DNA of 61,343 nucleotides, the filler included, from Catajapyx aquilonaris (lineage: Eukaryota): NCBI GenBank assembly GCA_000934665.2. It is 4 parts of 4 records of this genome, joined end to end, with 100 filler letters (N's around TTAATTAATTAA, not from the genome) between each part and the next. Parts side by side here need not be neighbours in the genome. Positions count along the whole stretch, not along the records: positions 46,091 to 61,343 come from JYFJ02007551.1; 3 more parts are not named here. One strand, 5' to 3'. How positions within the stretch are numbered: the first letter of the stretch is position 1; each line of letters begins with the position of its first letter. The notes under the pieces were generated by a model that was not told the origin of the DNA, ran no database searches, and saw only the letters and a program-made list of their open reading frames with translations. Positions 46,945-59,476 of the stretch are shown here, in pieces. The translations under genes and the position numbers were made by a program.

Positions 46945-47183
46945 TCTATATAAATAAAGCGGTTTATGATCTGTCTGTCTGTCTGTCCGCCTGTAATGCC
47001 AAACGTCATTTGTCTGCCATCTGTGGTCCGCTTCATACACCTCCAATAACCTCTCCCATCCTTCCGACGGGGCTTCTTAAAAGTGTCATGGTGGGTCTCT
47101 GTGCGTGAAAATTTTGACGCGCTACAGGTAGGTGTTTTCCCTTCAATAATTTCTTCCCGGGCAACGCCGGGTGTCGCAACTAG
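46945..47183 (+). mobile_element. Complete non-autonomous Helitron (~240 bp)
   Basis: A|TCTATATAAATAA 5' end, internal (CTGT)n microsatellite, 3' hairpin CCCGG-GCAACG-CCGGG, then CTAG|T. No TSD; inserted between A and T. Confidence 0.88.
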
Positions 47184-49677
47184 TAACTTATGCCATAAAA
47201 GCATTTCCGTAAAAATTGACAGATGGGCCCTTATTGCATTGTGGCATTCATTTTCATGAGCCAGAGATACAGGAACAATAAAAATAATAAGTGGAAGCAT
47301 GTTGACAGTCCGCCACCAAAAAAGTTCAAGACTGCGTCCCCACAATTTGGTCAACGTCCCCACAGTTACACACCTGTTTCCGTACCCACACCTTATTGAA
47401 GACAAGAACAGCCACAGCCACAGCCACACCTCTTTAACATGGGGTCTGTGTGAAGGGTTGCTTCAAGACCAGGATAAAGTGGCCAAAAGTATTTGAACCC
47501 GATAGTACAAATGATGAGAAGGACACTCATCAAGTTTATGTAAAAAATCAGTAGCCTTCCACGCGTGCTCCTTTAGTAGCAAGGACAATAATTTTAAGGC
47601 AATAATATCCCTCCTCGAGGTGCTCTCCCATGCCAAGGGGTGATGGAGGACACGTCATTATTTGGGCTGTCCACTTTAGTTGCATACTCTCTGTCTTGGA
47701 GTTGTGGAAAAGCGAACTGTCCAGCATGTCTAGCACTTCTGTGATCGCCTTCAGCTCCGCTAACCATCACACAACTTGCGTTTTTCTCTTTGTAGTTGTT
47801 ATGTTTGCATCTTCAAACAGCTTCCCCCACAGGAGCACCACCACATCACATAGACTATTCCAAAAATTCAGGATGAAACTTGTTGAGTCTCCAGACCGTT
47901 TAAACAACTAAGACCTTAAATACCTCTGCATGCCTATTTTTTACTGCTCTTTGAAACTAGGGACATTCATTGTGGACACCCTGTATAAATATAAGGTCAC
48001 AAACCATAGCAAAAACCGAATAACAACGATAAACTGACAGAAAATCACGAAACTTGGGCAAAAGACACAACGTGCAAGCAAGTATCACCTGCTCTGGACT
48101 CGACCTCTTATAGCCAGTTTCCACTTGCACAATAATATGTTGCCAAATATTTTTCAAAATTTTCTCCTGTTCGGAACAATCAGAGGAAAGTTTAGTGTTT
48201 ACACAAATATTTGGCATGCACGTCACAGAAATATGATTCGTAGTATTACTTCTGAGCTATTTTGGTCCTTTCAGGATGAATTACAGCAGGGCAACCGGAA
48301 GTTTGCGCCCTGAATCGCTCGTTCCATGAATAATATGGGTCAACCACTTGTTCGGGGTTTACTATCAATCATGTACCCCAGCCTGAGAGTATAACATAGG
48401 TGAAGAACTTATTCTACGCTTTCTAGCTGTTATGCAATATTGTTAACTGGGCATTTAGTTTCTGAATGATTTTTAATGGCATATTTAGGAAATTTTTGGA
48501 CAAGTGTCGCTTGGACAAAAATGCATAGGGCTAGATTTCTGTCACACAAATATGTCTTGCATTGCATTGTATTGCATTGTCTTGGAACGAAAATGGTGCA
48601 GGGGAAGTGCTATGTATCTGAAGCATCTTGTACTGACAACAATCTACAGTGAACCCTCCCCGTAGTGGAAACTTGTATGCTGCAAAAAAAATAAATAATA
48701 ATAATAATTGTCCTGCCTCGGCACGAGTAGGATTCCCCGTGTATCTAAATTCAATATAGCAGAACTTGCCTAATGCACAAGCAGCATTTTTAGGTCCCTC
48801 AGTATGGAGAGCCATGTATATTATAGTGGAATTTATACTGCATGAGAGGGAGGTTTTAATGGATTTATATTATTTTACATTCCTTATTAAAGTAACTAGT
48901 TAGCAATATATTGTCAAATGTGGAAAAAGATAACTCAGTAATAATTTTTAGGTTTTTAAGTCATTAACATAATCATTTTAAGTATATAGGTTTTGTGGGT
49001 CATCTCCGAAGCATAGTTACTAATATAATGGGAACACAAGGTAAAATTATCCTGGCAGGTATGCTTCCCTCCACGCGCCATTACCTTTATCATTTAATTT
49101 TAGGTGTTACCATGCAATTTAAATTTAAGATATATATGACCCCATTAGGCGTAGAAGGCAATGGCCTGGGCGCTGGAAGTGTCATAGGCTGTATCCAAAA
49201 CATAGAAGCTGGTATAATGCACTTTTAATTTAATGCTAATTTTCTTGGTAACCATGCTTTGGAGACCCATGACACCTATACTATACTACCAGTACCAGTG
49301 AACCTAAGACAAAGAATAGGAGAGTACAACTCTTTATTTTTCGAAGATTTATAATATACACTGTAATAATATTTGTGTTTCATATATCACGCTTAAAATA
49401 ATTGTGGAGAGAATTCCCTGCTGATAGGTGCTGAATAATAGAGGTGTTGGGGCGTAACTACCATAGGTGCAGGTGGTGCGACTGCACAGGGGCCCCCGGG
49501 CAAAGAGGCCCCACGAACTCTCTGACGAGCTTTAGAAACATTTGAGGAAACCCACATATCCATAATCTGATCTTAGTTTTTTTGTTTGCCCATGGCAAAG
49601 GGATATTGTTGGTGATTACCATGGAAACAAGACATGCAAAGAACGGGCTTCGCTACTAGTTATTAATTACAACAACA

Positions 49678-49717
<40 letters not shown>

Positions 49718-49928
49718 CTTACTACTAATCCTGCACGATGACTTCACTGCGCACCACATGGTGTTTCCCTCCCGCTCCATCCCTCTTCCCTCTTTCTTCT
49801 CCTTCCGCCACCCAATGAGACGCCTACCTGGGCCTACCTGTTGTGTGGTGTGGGCTTGTGTGCTTCGTCTCTCCCTGCTCAGGTGTTGGACAGGTCTTTA
49901 GGACACGGAAGGCTTTCTTATGTGGAGG

Positions 49929-50190
49929 ATGGCACCTCAACATGGTCCAACTGGAGGACTTCCACGTCCTTCAGGGGGAAGCACAGCGTAGGGTCACTCA
50001 AGCCATTCACCGCCACAGTGGGACCCAACGGATCAGGTCAGTTGAACCATTGAGACATCATCTGATGATCAGATGATGCCTTCTGATGCCTGGATGTAAA
50101 GGAGCTGGGCCCTCTCACACATGGTGCCTTTGTCTCAGGCAAGCCCAACCTAAGTTTCGTGATAGGAGAGGAGGCTTCTAGGCTCCGAGT
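49929..50190 (+). pseudogene. SMC1-like cohesin ATPase N-terminus, frameshifted relic (exon ~49929-50036, intron, exon from 50139)
   Basis: HLNMVQLEDF(+1 frameshift)TSFRGKHSVGSLKPFTATVGPNGSG|gt...cag|KPNL-SFVIGEEASRLRV, compared with SMC1 LKxIExENFKSYKG...GP...FTAIIGPNGSGKSNxMDAISFVxGEKxxxLRV. The Walker A S is replaced by P and MDAI is deleted. Confidence 0.75.
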
Positions 50191-50397
50191 TGGCTCTAAC
50201 TTGTCATGGAGGAAGGTACACAGCAGAGTTATGTACCTTTTTGGGGTGGACATCAGGCCCAGTGAGCCTATGGGAAACAAAGGGGTAGAGAAGATGAGGG
50301 AGATATACTGTACTTTATGGATGACCCAGAAGTCTGACAATGCCTGCTTTAACTGGAAAGTAATGCAACATTAACTTATTGTGTTTTACATTTCAAG

Positions 50398-50990
50398 TGT
50401 ACATTTTGTGGAGCTGCCCCGTCTTACAGCAAAACTGATTATCACATGCCACCTAGGGCATGTGAATGCAGTGACTTTTCCCTATGGATGCTCAGATCTC
50501 TTTGCTACCTGTAGCAAAGAAAATGTAGACTACTCATTTGGTCTTCCTGCATATCACTGTGCCAAACCTTGAGTATACACGTAGGCCTACTGCAGTGGCA
50601 TTTTCTCAAAATGGGAAATCCATCATGACAGGATGGAATGATGGTGAGCTCCATTGCCTTGCACCTGAGACTGGAAAATTATTTTTTATAATACACAATT
50701 CCCACAAGACGGGGGTAGGTAGTCATAACTTGTCAGCCCCACAATATATTCCAAAACACACTATCTTTTGGCCCATTATATTGGACTGAAATGGCAATGT
50801 CAGATAGGTTTTGGAACTATGAGGCCATTGTACAGTATATATGTTGGAGTACACAGTAATGGCAGTTGAAATGGGTTGTACTGAATTACGGTAGTATTCT
50901 AAAAATGTCAATGCAGGGTGTCCTTAACGATATCAGCAAACCGAAGGGATTTCATTGCAGTGTACCTGAGGATCACTTATGTAGTGGTGT
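50398..50990 (+). pseudogene. CFAP52/WDR16-like WD40 ciliary protein, internal frameshifted relic
   Basis: LIITCHLGHVNAVTFPYGCSDLFATCSKE(frameshift)LHITVPNL...AVAFSQNGKSIMTGWNDGELHCLAPETGKLFFIIHNSHKTG closely resembles CFAP52 (TCH...V..I.FP.G..ELFATC.K...LLRITVPN...DGKSIIS.WNDG.I.AF.PETG.L...I.NAH). More decayed similarity continues to ~50990. Confidence 0.75.
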
Positions 50991-51164
50991 CCTTTGGTCT
51001 TCATAGGCTCATTAGTTAGCATTAATCAGAGTGTATTATGCATTTTCCTATATTGCAGACACAACATGCTATGACACTCTCACGGCTGTGGTGATTGCCA
51101 GTGACACCTAATCAAACTGCAGTTTAAATCATACTATTATAATACCGCTCTGTATTATGATTTA

Positions 51165-52026
51165 GGGCCGGTTTCACCGAGCTTGGTATATGATAAAACC
51201 AGGTTTCTTTAGGAAAATCCATACAAATAGATAGGGATTTTGAGAAATACCCTGGTTTTATCATATACTATTTGGAATTTATTGGACCGACCAAGCCATT
51301 AAGGCCCAACAGCCCATTCACTCAACATTTACAACAAAATTAATACAGAACAAAACATCAACTTGGCATGCCAGAAGCATCGGCCGCATGGCCGCCTCCA
51401 CGTTTGGCTGCCACCAATCATCCAGACCACACCAGTCATCAGTCCGTCATAAGCTCAGATCACCAATCAACAGTCCATCATATAGTTCAGACCACCAGTC
51501 ATCAGTCCATCATAGTTAAAACCACCAGTCATCAGTCCATTATAATTCAACCATCTAAGCATTTAGGAATGATAATACCTTGTCTGCCGTTAGGCAAAAG
51601 GTATTGAACTCCGTAAAAAGACAGGTGACGAAGGCCGTCCTTGGGCACGGCCAACCCAGACCTCGTGACACGGCCGCACAAAGTAGGGGACCCCTCCTGG
51701 ATACCTCCTGGATAGTGCAATGCCATAACACATGAGCAGCATCCTGACGACCTCCGTTGCACGGGCATAGGGCATCCTCCTCCGTCCTCCCTTTCAGCCT
51801 AAACCGAGCGAGGTAAGCCAGGAAAGGGCCATGACCGGATATCATCCTACCCACATGTCCATGGAGGTGACGGTACTCCACCTCTGGAAGAAAGGCATGG
51901 CACCAATCCCCTCTGTCCGCCGCCCACCTCGTCTGCCAGTCCGTCAGGGATCGGCGCCAACACCTCCTCCTTACCGCTGCTCCATCATATATATTTATCA
52001 TATACTGAGCTCGGTGAAACCGGCCC
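51165..52026. mobile_element. PIF/Harbinger MITE interrupted by a LINE
   Basis: TTA|GGGCCGGTTTCACCGAGCT ... AGCTCGGTGAAACCGGCCC|TTA, with a 3-bp TTA TSD. Confidence 0.85.
51270..51993 (-). mobile_element. 5'-truncated R1-clade (Waldo/SART/TRAS-like) non-LTR retrotransposon
   Basis: ORF2 C-terminus WQTRW...GDWCHAFLP...ISGHGPFLAYLARF...CPCNGGRQDAAHVLWHC (CCHC zinc knuckle). 3' UTR with AATAAA at 51283-51278. 13-bp TSD TTTATCATATACT at 51257-51269 and 51994-52006. Confidence 0.85.
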
Positions 52027-52239
52027 TTAAAAGGCTCAACTCATGCAGATAAGTCTATACCTGCCAGAATACTTTATATCGTGTGTTTAAAATCCATTAC
52101 CTTGTAATGAGGCAGAAGTAATGACACTCCTATATTAAGTCATCCTATGGTTTGCAGTAAGGAAAGATCATACTGCAGGTTTGTCAATATTTTTGCAAAA
52201 CACCTTGTGTCTTGATCCTGAAAAACTTGCTTAGTGCAA

Positions 52240-52450
52240 AACAGTGGTGTATAGTAATTTCGACTTCCATATCTGATGCTACGAGTTCAATCCCGGGATC
52301 GGGCCGAGAATTTTATCATTTGGGAATAGTTTCACGAATAGCGAGAGAACCTGTACTCTCCATATTCTTGTGGGTTTTCTTGTCTTGTTTCTCCCACATT
52401 CCAATTTTGGCAATTTTGAGCTATTTACGCCACTATGTGGCATTTTCCCT
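52240..52450 (+). mobile_element. Old tRNA-derived SINE fragment
   Basis: A-box-like AGTGGTGTATAGT and B-box-like GAGTTCAATCCC. Degenerate. Confidence 0.45.
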
Positions 52451-54415
52451 GCTGGTTAAGTCCATTTAGCACTCAAGATTCACAACGAGTCAGCAAGCCA
52501 GGATTTTCTGTCTTCAACATCATGTAAGCAGGTGCAAGATCAAACCATTGCCTTTGATTACCTCGAAATGGTTTTTTGGACTTAGTGGATTTTTCTCTTG
52601 TATGCTGATATGTAACCAGCATTCATCCTGAGAAATGAAAATTACAACACAATAATAAGTAAGCTTTTATTGACAGTCTGAAACACTTGAATGACTTTAC
52701 GAACATTCAATCATGAAGAAACCTAACTTTCTCTGTATACAGTAATAAATTTATTCATGGTCACTTGCCTTGTTTCAAGACAAAACGAAAAATTACTCTC
52801 TTTTTGTAAGTTTGTTTGGTAAGCACACTGAACATGATTCACAAAAATGACCGCACTTTGTGGACTCCAATTCAACCTGGCCAACCTAGACATTACTTCC
52901 CCCCAACATCGAGCATAATAATATTACAATAACATTAATAATAATTAAAAAAAACAAGCGACGCAGATAAAAGACTACAAGATCAACATCACCAGAGGCA
53001 GGTGAGAGCACTCCACTTGCCAAAGGGCTGCTACCATTTCCCCTGAGCCCGTGGAAAATGGCTGCTGCCCTTTCAAGCAAAAATATCTTCGCACATTTAT
53101 TTCTCTTTCCGACCTGCCTGTTTTTCTCCTTCCCTAGCCAGATTGAAATGGACTTTTTGTTAGACACATACAATATATGTAATAATTTGATACTCATATA
53201 TTTTCTTTCTTCTATGTTCCTTTCTCGCTTCGGTTGTCAATTGTCGTGTTGCTGGTACGGTAGCTGCAATGAGTACTTTGCAACATCACAATAAGCGTAT
53301 ATCTTTTGAGGAGGTATTTTTTTTAAAAAAAAGGTGCCTCCTCTTACTCTTGTTGCTGTGGGTTTTGACATTTTTTTGTCATTTTGTATGAAGGGGTTGG
53401 AAGATAGAAAGGTTTGTGATTATAGTAAATGGACACATGACTATCAGCACCCAGCAACAAAATATAACATCCTACATGTTACTGTTGGATTCATGTCCTC
53501 CCCGCAATTACAGTTGTGAGCACAGGGTCGCAGAAAAATGGCAGCTAGTCAAAATTTTCACAGCCAATGCTCATTTCAACTTGCTGGGGAGGTAGTGGCA
53601 TTGTTGTACAAATGCAGTAATAAAGCACACACAGGTATTTAGATTTTCCTTCTTAGCTCGTTCTCAATACCAAACAACCTTGCCCAAGACACGGGCAAGC
53701 AAACAATATTATAGCAATTGGCTGCATGGAATTACGCTGCGTCTATCCACTTTGATACACATGCAGAGCGTCCGTTTTCATGCCACCTGCTAATAACATT
53801 CTGGGAAGAAGAGGGAATCATCTGCCATGAAGAGGGAGGGACTCTCCATGGCTACTCATCTCTGCAAGAAGGAAAACCCAAATACCTGAGACAATGGGGG
53901 TCACCTGGCAAGCACTTTCAGCAATGGGGCTGAAATTATATCCCAGTAAGTGCACACTGGGTTTTCAACCACTAAAAGAAATCTAACATTTATGGGAAGT
54001 TGACTAGCAACAGGCTAACTACCTGGGTACAAATGAGAGAGCAATGTCCACCATGGGAGCAAGTGATGCATTCTGAAAAAAAAGAGAGACAGAGAGAGAG
54101 AGAACCTTTCAGGTAGAGAGCACTGGTTTCATTCTAAGTTCACTTGCTCCCTTCAAACTGGGAAATTTCCAACACTACCCTCCCAAGAGACAGCTAAAAA
54201 AGGACAGCATAAAATACAACTGACCACAAGTGCTGGATGCTGAGTTTCAAGCCAGGGAAAAACGTTTGGGGGGGATGGAAAGATGGGTAGGATGAAGGAA
54301 AGGATAAAATCTTTGGTACATGGCAAACATTTCTTGGGAGGAAGAGTGGCTCTGAGGGGGAATCAGTAGAAGAGGTAGCGTGTGGCAAGAGAATTGCTTT
54401 CCAAAAACATCGCTC

Positions 54416-57400
54416 TTAGGAGGCCTGGTGGTACCCTCCACACACTCCGCAGGCCACCCCGCACCTGTGGCACGCCTTCAGGGGAAGGTAGCACCAGAGG
54501 CAGGGTACCAGCAGTGAAAGGAGAGCAAGCCCAAGCCACCTCCTTCCACACCCTGCTCCTCCTCCCTCACCCCCTCCCAGCCCTCCTCTACCTCCTCCTC
54601 CAAATCCTCCACCCCCCATTCTGCCTCCTCTGCCACCTCCACTGCCACCACTGCAATCGCAAGGGTGGTGTGCAAAGTCCCCCTCAGCATCTGACATGCA
54701 GTGGTAGAGCATGCACTGCGCACACTGAATGCACGACACAAAGTCTATCCCTGTGCGCACGCAGTCAGGGGCGTACTCGCAGCTGCCCCGTGCATTGTCA
54801 TCCTCGCAGAACGATTCATGGCAGTACCGGCATTGGGCCCTCGACATTGGGTACTGAAAAACAAGCACATTTTTAGAAATCAGAACTCCTATCCAGTATA
54901 TTAAGAGAAAAACCAGTTTTTTCCCCCAGTTGTGAGACAATCCCTGTTAAAATACATTGAAATTTGTAATGGACCTAAACCAAAATAGACCACCTTAAAG
55001 AATTAGAATTTTTCTGTTATTCTATTTCACAAATTTACAATATTATCTCATGATATTCTTGGTGGTAGTATTTTTTGCAAAAAAATAAAAATAAAATAAC
55101 TTTCTGAATTTAAAAAACCAAGCAGATGTCTATAATCAGACCATTACATTTGGTCATGTTCAAAGAACGGATTTCTAGGTTTTTACCTACTTTTTATTTT
55201 GTAGGCAGAACACCGGAACCAAAATATCTGTCTGTTTCATAACACATGGACCTCAAAAATCTTAGTTTTATAAAACCTAAAATGGCCTATTTCGGACGTT
55301 GGAATCTAAATGGCCTATTAGCGCCTATTTACGCCTTTTTGTAATATTTTCGGCAGTTTTTGCGTGTTTTCCATTCAAGTCCCACTTCAACCTGTGAATA
55401 GCGAAGAAGCTGTAACCTATAGATATGCTGGATGAACTGCCTGTACAAGTCATTTAACTTTTCAATAATGATGGATAATATGGTGACAGATGTATCATGA
55501 AAAGAGTCGGGTCCCTCACTATATTAAAATAGGGAGGTTAAATGAATTAATTGATGATTGATTGATTTGAGTAGGCAAGGAACTGAAAATAAATTAGGAC
55601 CTGCTTGAATTTTAGTGCGTATTTAAGAGCCTATTTTAACTGTTTTCAACTATTTTAACTGTTTTCAGGACTTAAACGCCTACCTATTTGAGGTTTTTTA
55701 GAACCTAGAAATTTGTTCTTTGGTCATGGTGTATATGGATCTTGTGTGATGCATTCTTTGTCAGGCTTCTATTTATTAATAGGATGTGCTGATCCTAATT
55801 TTAATACAAACAATCAGGGTCAATTTGGGCAAGATGTTCTTGTCATTACATTCGGTGGTGAGACAATTATTCGGTGAGTGCCTTAAAGCAAAATAATACC
55901 TACCTAGGGAATCAGCTTTCTCCGTTAAAGCCCATTTACACAAAGCCCTCCAGCTACCAAAATGTAAGTGCAGCCTGCCAATCAGCGTCAAGATCTGCCA
56001 GCCACAGCATGCAGCAGGTGACATGAGGGTGGCTGATCTCGAAGCTGACTGGCAGGCCGAGCTTACATTTTGCTAGCATTGCCCTCTTGTATATGGGCCT
56101 TAACAGCTATAATCTGTTGATAGCATTTTGTATCTCTAAAAATTCTGCCCTGCTTTATGGTCTGGAATATCTCCCCACTGGTCACTGTAACAACAGTCAG
56201 CTATGTTCCCTATCAGTGATGGTAACTGACATCTAAAGGTGCATTATGTTTAGATTGTAGAAAATCAACAGGTGCCACATGCACCTGCTTGACAAACTTG
56301 CACACAAAGGGGAGTTCAGGTGCCAGAGACCCTGATTAAAACCTGACTCTGAGTGCAAGAACAAAAAAGTCAGACAATGTCTGGACATTAGTCAGCCTGT
56401 CACATACAATACCATTAGCATGTGCACCATAGTCTGAGAATCACTGCAATGATAATAATTGGGTATAGTGCCACACCTCAGCTGAGGTTTCGACATGGAC
56501 CTTCATTTGCCAAGTACATTAATTTGGACAATGAAGAGCCCTGATATGGTCATTTTGTGAGCTCCCAGGGTGGTTCGTCTATCGGAAATCCCACCCTAGA
56601 CGAAGCCGGAGATGACCCCGAACGCCACACGAGATGAAAGGGGGGAATGCCCGTGCTTGGTATCGAACCCGGGACCCTTCCATCCGTGGGCGCATACGTT
56701 GCTGCAGCACCACTTCGCCTTCCCTGAGAATCACTGCAATGCACAGTGTGGCTAAATGCGTGAATGCTTGGACAATGGCTCCCACTCCACGCGTATTTGT
56801 CACAATATGGTCATGACTTTCCTCTGATTTTTAAGACAAAAAGTAGCAAATTTCACTTTGAATGACACACCAAACGAACGACTAGATTTCTCAGTTATAG
56901 ATTCACTTTGTTTTAAGTGCACATAATTGCACCTTTTGTTGGGGTCGCATACTGCTACCCTGACAAATGTGACTTCCTTTTAGAAAAATATGGTATTATG
57001 TGGCATTGAAAAGAATTGAGTCTATAACTGGGGAGTCTAGTCATTCGTATAATGTGTGATTCGAAGTGAAATATTGTGAAATCCGTTACTTTTCACCTTT
57101 GAAATCAAATCAATGAGATGACAAATACGCGTGATGGAGGCCTCAACAAAGGAGCGCCTGGCACCTATATTTCAAGGTCACATTCAAATTGCTACATGAG
57201 AGTAAATAGTACTTAGCCAGAGGTATTTTAGGCACAGCTTAAAATCCGGATGAGCCTGAATTTGGAAATGCAGTGACCTTTCTTCCATGACCATTTGAAG
57301 CCGACTGCATATAGACACAAAATGGTGGCAGGCGACCGCTCGAATTGAGTACCTGCCTGACATAAAACCCATCTCAATTGAACCTACCAAAGCAATTTTT

Positions 57401-59476
57401 ATTATTGCTGAGACATTACTTTCTTACATTAGGGCAGATTTGACACGACTCTGCCAATTTTGTTTTTCCATTTTTGTTGGCGCAATCCCACATTTGGACA
57501 CACTGGGCAATGGTAAAATTGCTCAGCATCCTATTGGATTTATTACTTCTACCCAGTCCCCTGCATCTTCCAGCCTAGCCTTATGGTGATGGGAGTGTCT
57601 GACGGCGCCCCACAGGCATCTATTACGGGTCAGATTCGGGCAGACGCCTTCTGAACCAACCCAAACCGTCCTTTCCTCTGAGAGCGTTCGCAGACTCGGA
57701 TTCGGGCGGCTGGCAGGGATAGATGCCTGTGGAGCTGCACCAGCGCCAAAATTCCAGGCTGGTGGAGACTCTCTAAGTACACTACCGTATTGTATGAGAT
57801 GCAGGGGGCTGCTTCTACCTATGTGGAAGGTGGGCAAGCGAGGGCCAGACATTCTCACCAGCCACTCCCACCATGCCAATCTGCCTCAGGTCCAAAATAG
57901 GCAGTTCCAAAATGAAGTCCAATTTTATCCATTGCCATTGTGATTGTACAATAATGCATGTCTCTGGTGTACTAGATACACAGCTCAGCCAATCCAGTAA
58001 CTGCAAGTAGGGCAGACAAATTCTATTGATATAAGGTGGCACACCATTGTGTACAGGATGTTTTCCAACAGTCCACACATAATTTTTCCAACCCTCTGCA
58101 CCTAACCCAACAGGAATCTGAGAAGGGGTGAGCTGTCATGTAAGAAGTGGCAAGTACTTTTACAATTAACAAGGGTGGCAAATCACGTGAGCTTGATTAG
58201 AGTAGACTTTTTCATGTTTACTGCTATTGTCCCCAACGTCCGTCACGGTACTGGGACTGAAACTGAAACCACCCATAACTCATTTTCCCTCCCCCTCCCT
58301 CCCCTTTCCCCTTTAAAAAATTTATCCTAGCAAACCCATCTTTTAGACCTTTTTTCATCCATGGAAAAAAGTATTATAGCACAGCTCTGTCTGTCCATCT
58401 GTGGACAGATATCAGGTATCATGGGGTAGGAGGAGGAGGGGGGGGGGGGNCGGGGCAGTGGGGGGCCTTGGAGGTCAGGGGGAAAAGAGCGACCCAGAAC
58501 CCGAAAATCGAAAAAAAGTCTTATAGAACGGCTCTGTCTGTCTGTCTGATACCTGTCCACAGACAGACAGGCAGAGCCGTTCTGTAAGATAATAAGCCAC
58601 CCACACCCACAGCTGCACCGACTTGCCAAAAACTTAACTTTGCAGCCATACATCAAGCTACATTTCATGGCATTATCATTGATGAGAATGCAATTGTAAT
58701 GACAACCACCCAAATGTCCCAAAAGATACAAGATACATGTTCAATAGTTGAGATCTTTTTTGTCCAGGCAGACGATCAAGACACTTTCACAACAAACACT
58801 TGAAGACTTCACTCACCCTGGATGGCTTGTGCCTCTCTTTCCTCTTCGGCTGCTGTTTCTTCTTCTTCCGGGAGCTCTTGGTGGGCAACAAGGGTGGCTG
58901 CGTGGAGATGACATCCAACCCATGCTTCTTCAACATGTCTTTATCTGCTCCAGACTTCAATGCATCCACCACCGGGTAGCTGTAATCATGAAGGGATGCC
59001 CTGTCCCTGGCAAACTGCACGTAGTAGCTGTCCCCTCCTCCACCCATTGGTTGGGGTCCCAACACCTCCACTTTATCTAAAGGGTCCATCCCACCCCCGC
59101 CTGCCAGTTCACGGTAGTCCTTTTGTTCCAGCTTGTCCGGGCTTGACTTGCCCCACAGTTCCTCACTTATCAACCTGCCCTCCCCGCCACTGCTAAGCCC
59201 ACTCCCACCACCACCACCACTGCCACGGTTATTGTTGTTAATGGTAGTGGTAGTGGTGGTGGAGGAACCATTGTTGTTCCCAGGACTGTACGGCCGTCGG
59301 GGCACATAGTGCATCCTATGCAGGTAATGGTGGTTGGCATGTGGATGGGTGTATACCGATTGGGAAACACTCTCTCCGCCAACGCCCATGGCACTGCCAT
59401 GATGGATGCTGCCTGCAGTTGCAGAAGAGCCCGATGATGAACGTGAGTCACCACGCTCCACTGGTAGATCCAGGGT
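54416..59476 (-). CDS. Spred: Spred (Sprouty-related EVH1-domain protein), last two coding exons 59476-58817 and 54853-54416; EVH1 exons lie outside the window
   Basis: The final exon encodes a Cys-rich Sprouty (SPR) domain: RAQCRYCHESFCEDDNARGSCEYAPDCVRTGIDFVSCIQCAQCMLYHCMSDAEGDF..HPCDC...RRWLGLALLSLLVPCLWCYLPLKACHRCGVACGVCGGYH. The preceding exon begins TLDLP and contains DSYYVQF and HDYSYP, Spred-like central motifs. The junction is GT-AG, phase 0. Confidence 0.93.
55161..55722. mobile_element. MITE with CA...TG ends and 8-bp TSD (hAT or P-element type), in Spred intron
   Basis: TIRs CAAAGAACGGATTTCTAGGT / ACCTAGAAATTTGTTCTTTG. TSD GTCATG(T/G)T. Repeated GCCTATT subterminal motifs. Confidence 0.8.
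55925..56103. mobile_element. Palindromic PIF/Harbinger-like MITE
   Basis: TTAAAGCCCAT.TACA...CAAAATGTAAG...GCCTGCCA.TCAGC is mirrored by GCTGACTGGCAGGC...CTTACATTTTG...TGTATATGGGCCTTAA. Confidence 0.7.
56452..56723 (-). mobile_element. SINE family A copy
   Basis: Family A head and body on the minus strand. 18-bp TSD CTGAGAATCACTGCAATG at 56434-56451 and 56724-56741. Confidence 0.87.
58370..58590. mobile_element. (CTGT)n-containing hairpin element, DINE-1/Helentron-like
   Basis: AGAACGGCTCTG(TCTG)n...(CAGA)nCAGAGCCGTTCT hairpin. Related motifs occur at 58380-58420 and 11118-11160. Confidence 0.5.

Noticed and set aside
57520..58080. Possible decayed non-LTR reverse-transcriptase remnant in the Spred intron
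   Set aside because: Only a vague GGxG-like similarity across frameshifts; not supportable by eye.
15871..59476. Functional gene cluster EMG1-HIRA-ci-Spred
   Set aside because: Only EMG1 and HIRA share a contig; the other adjacencies are concatenation artefacts.
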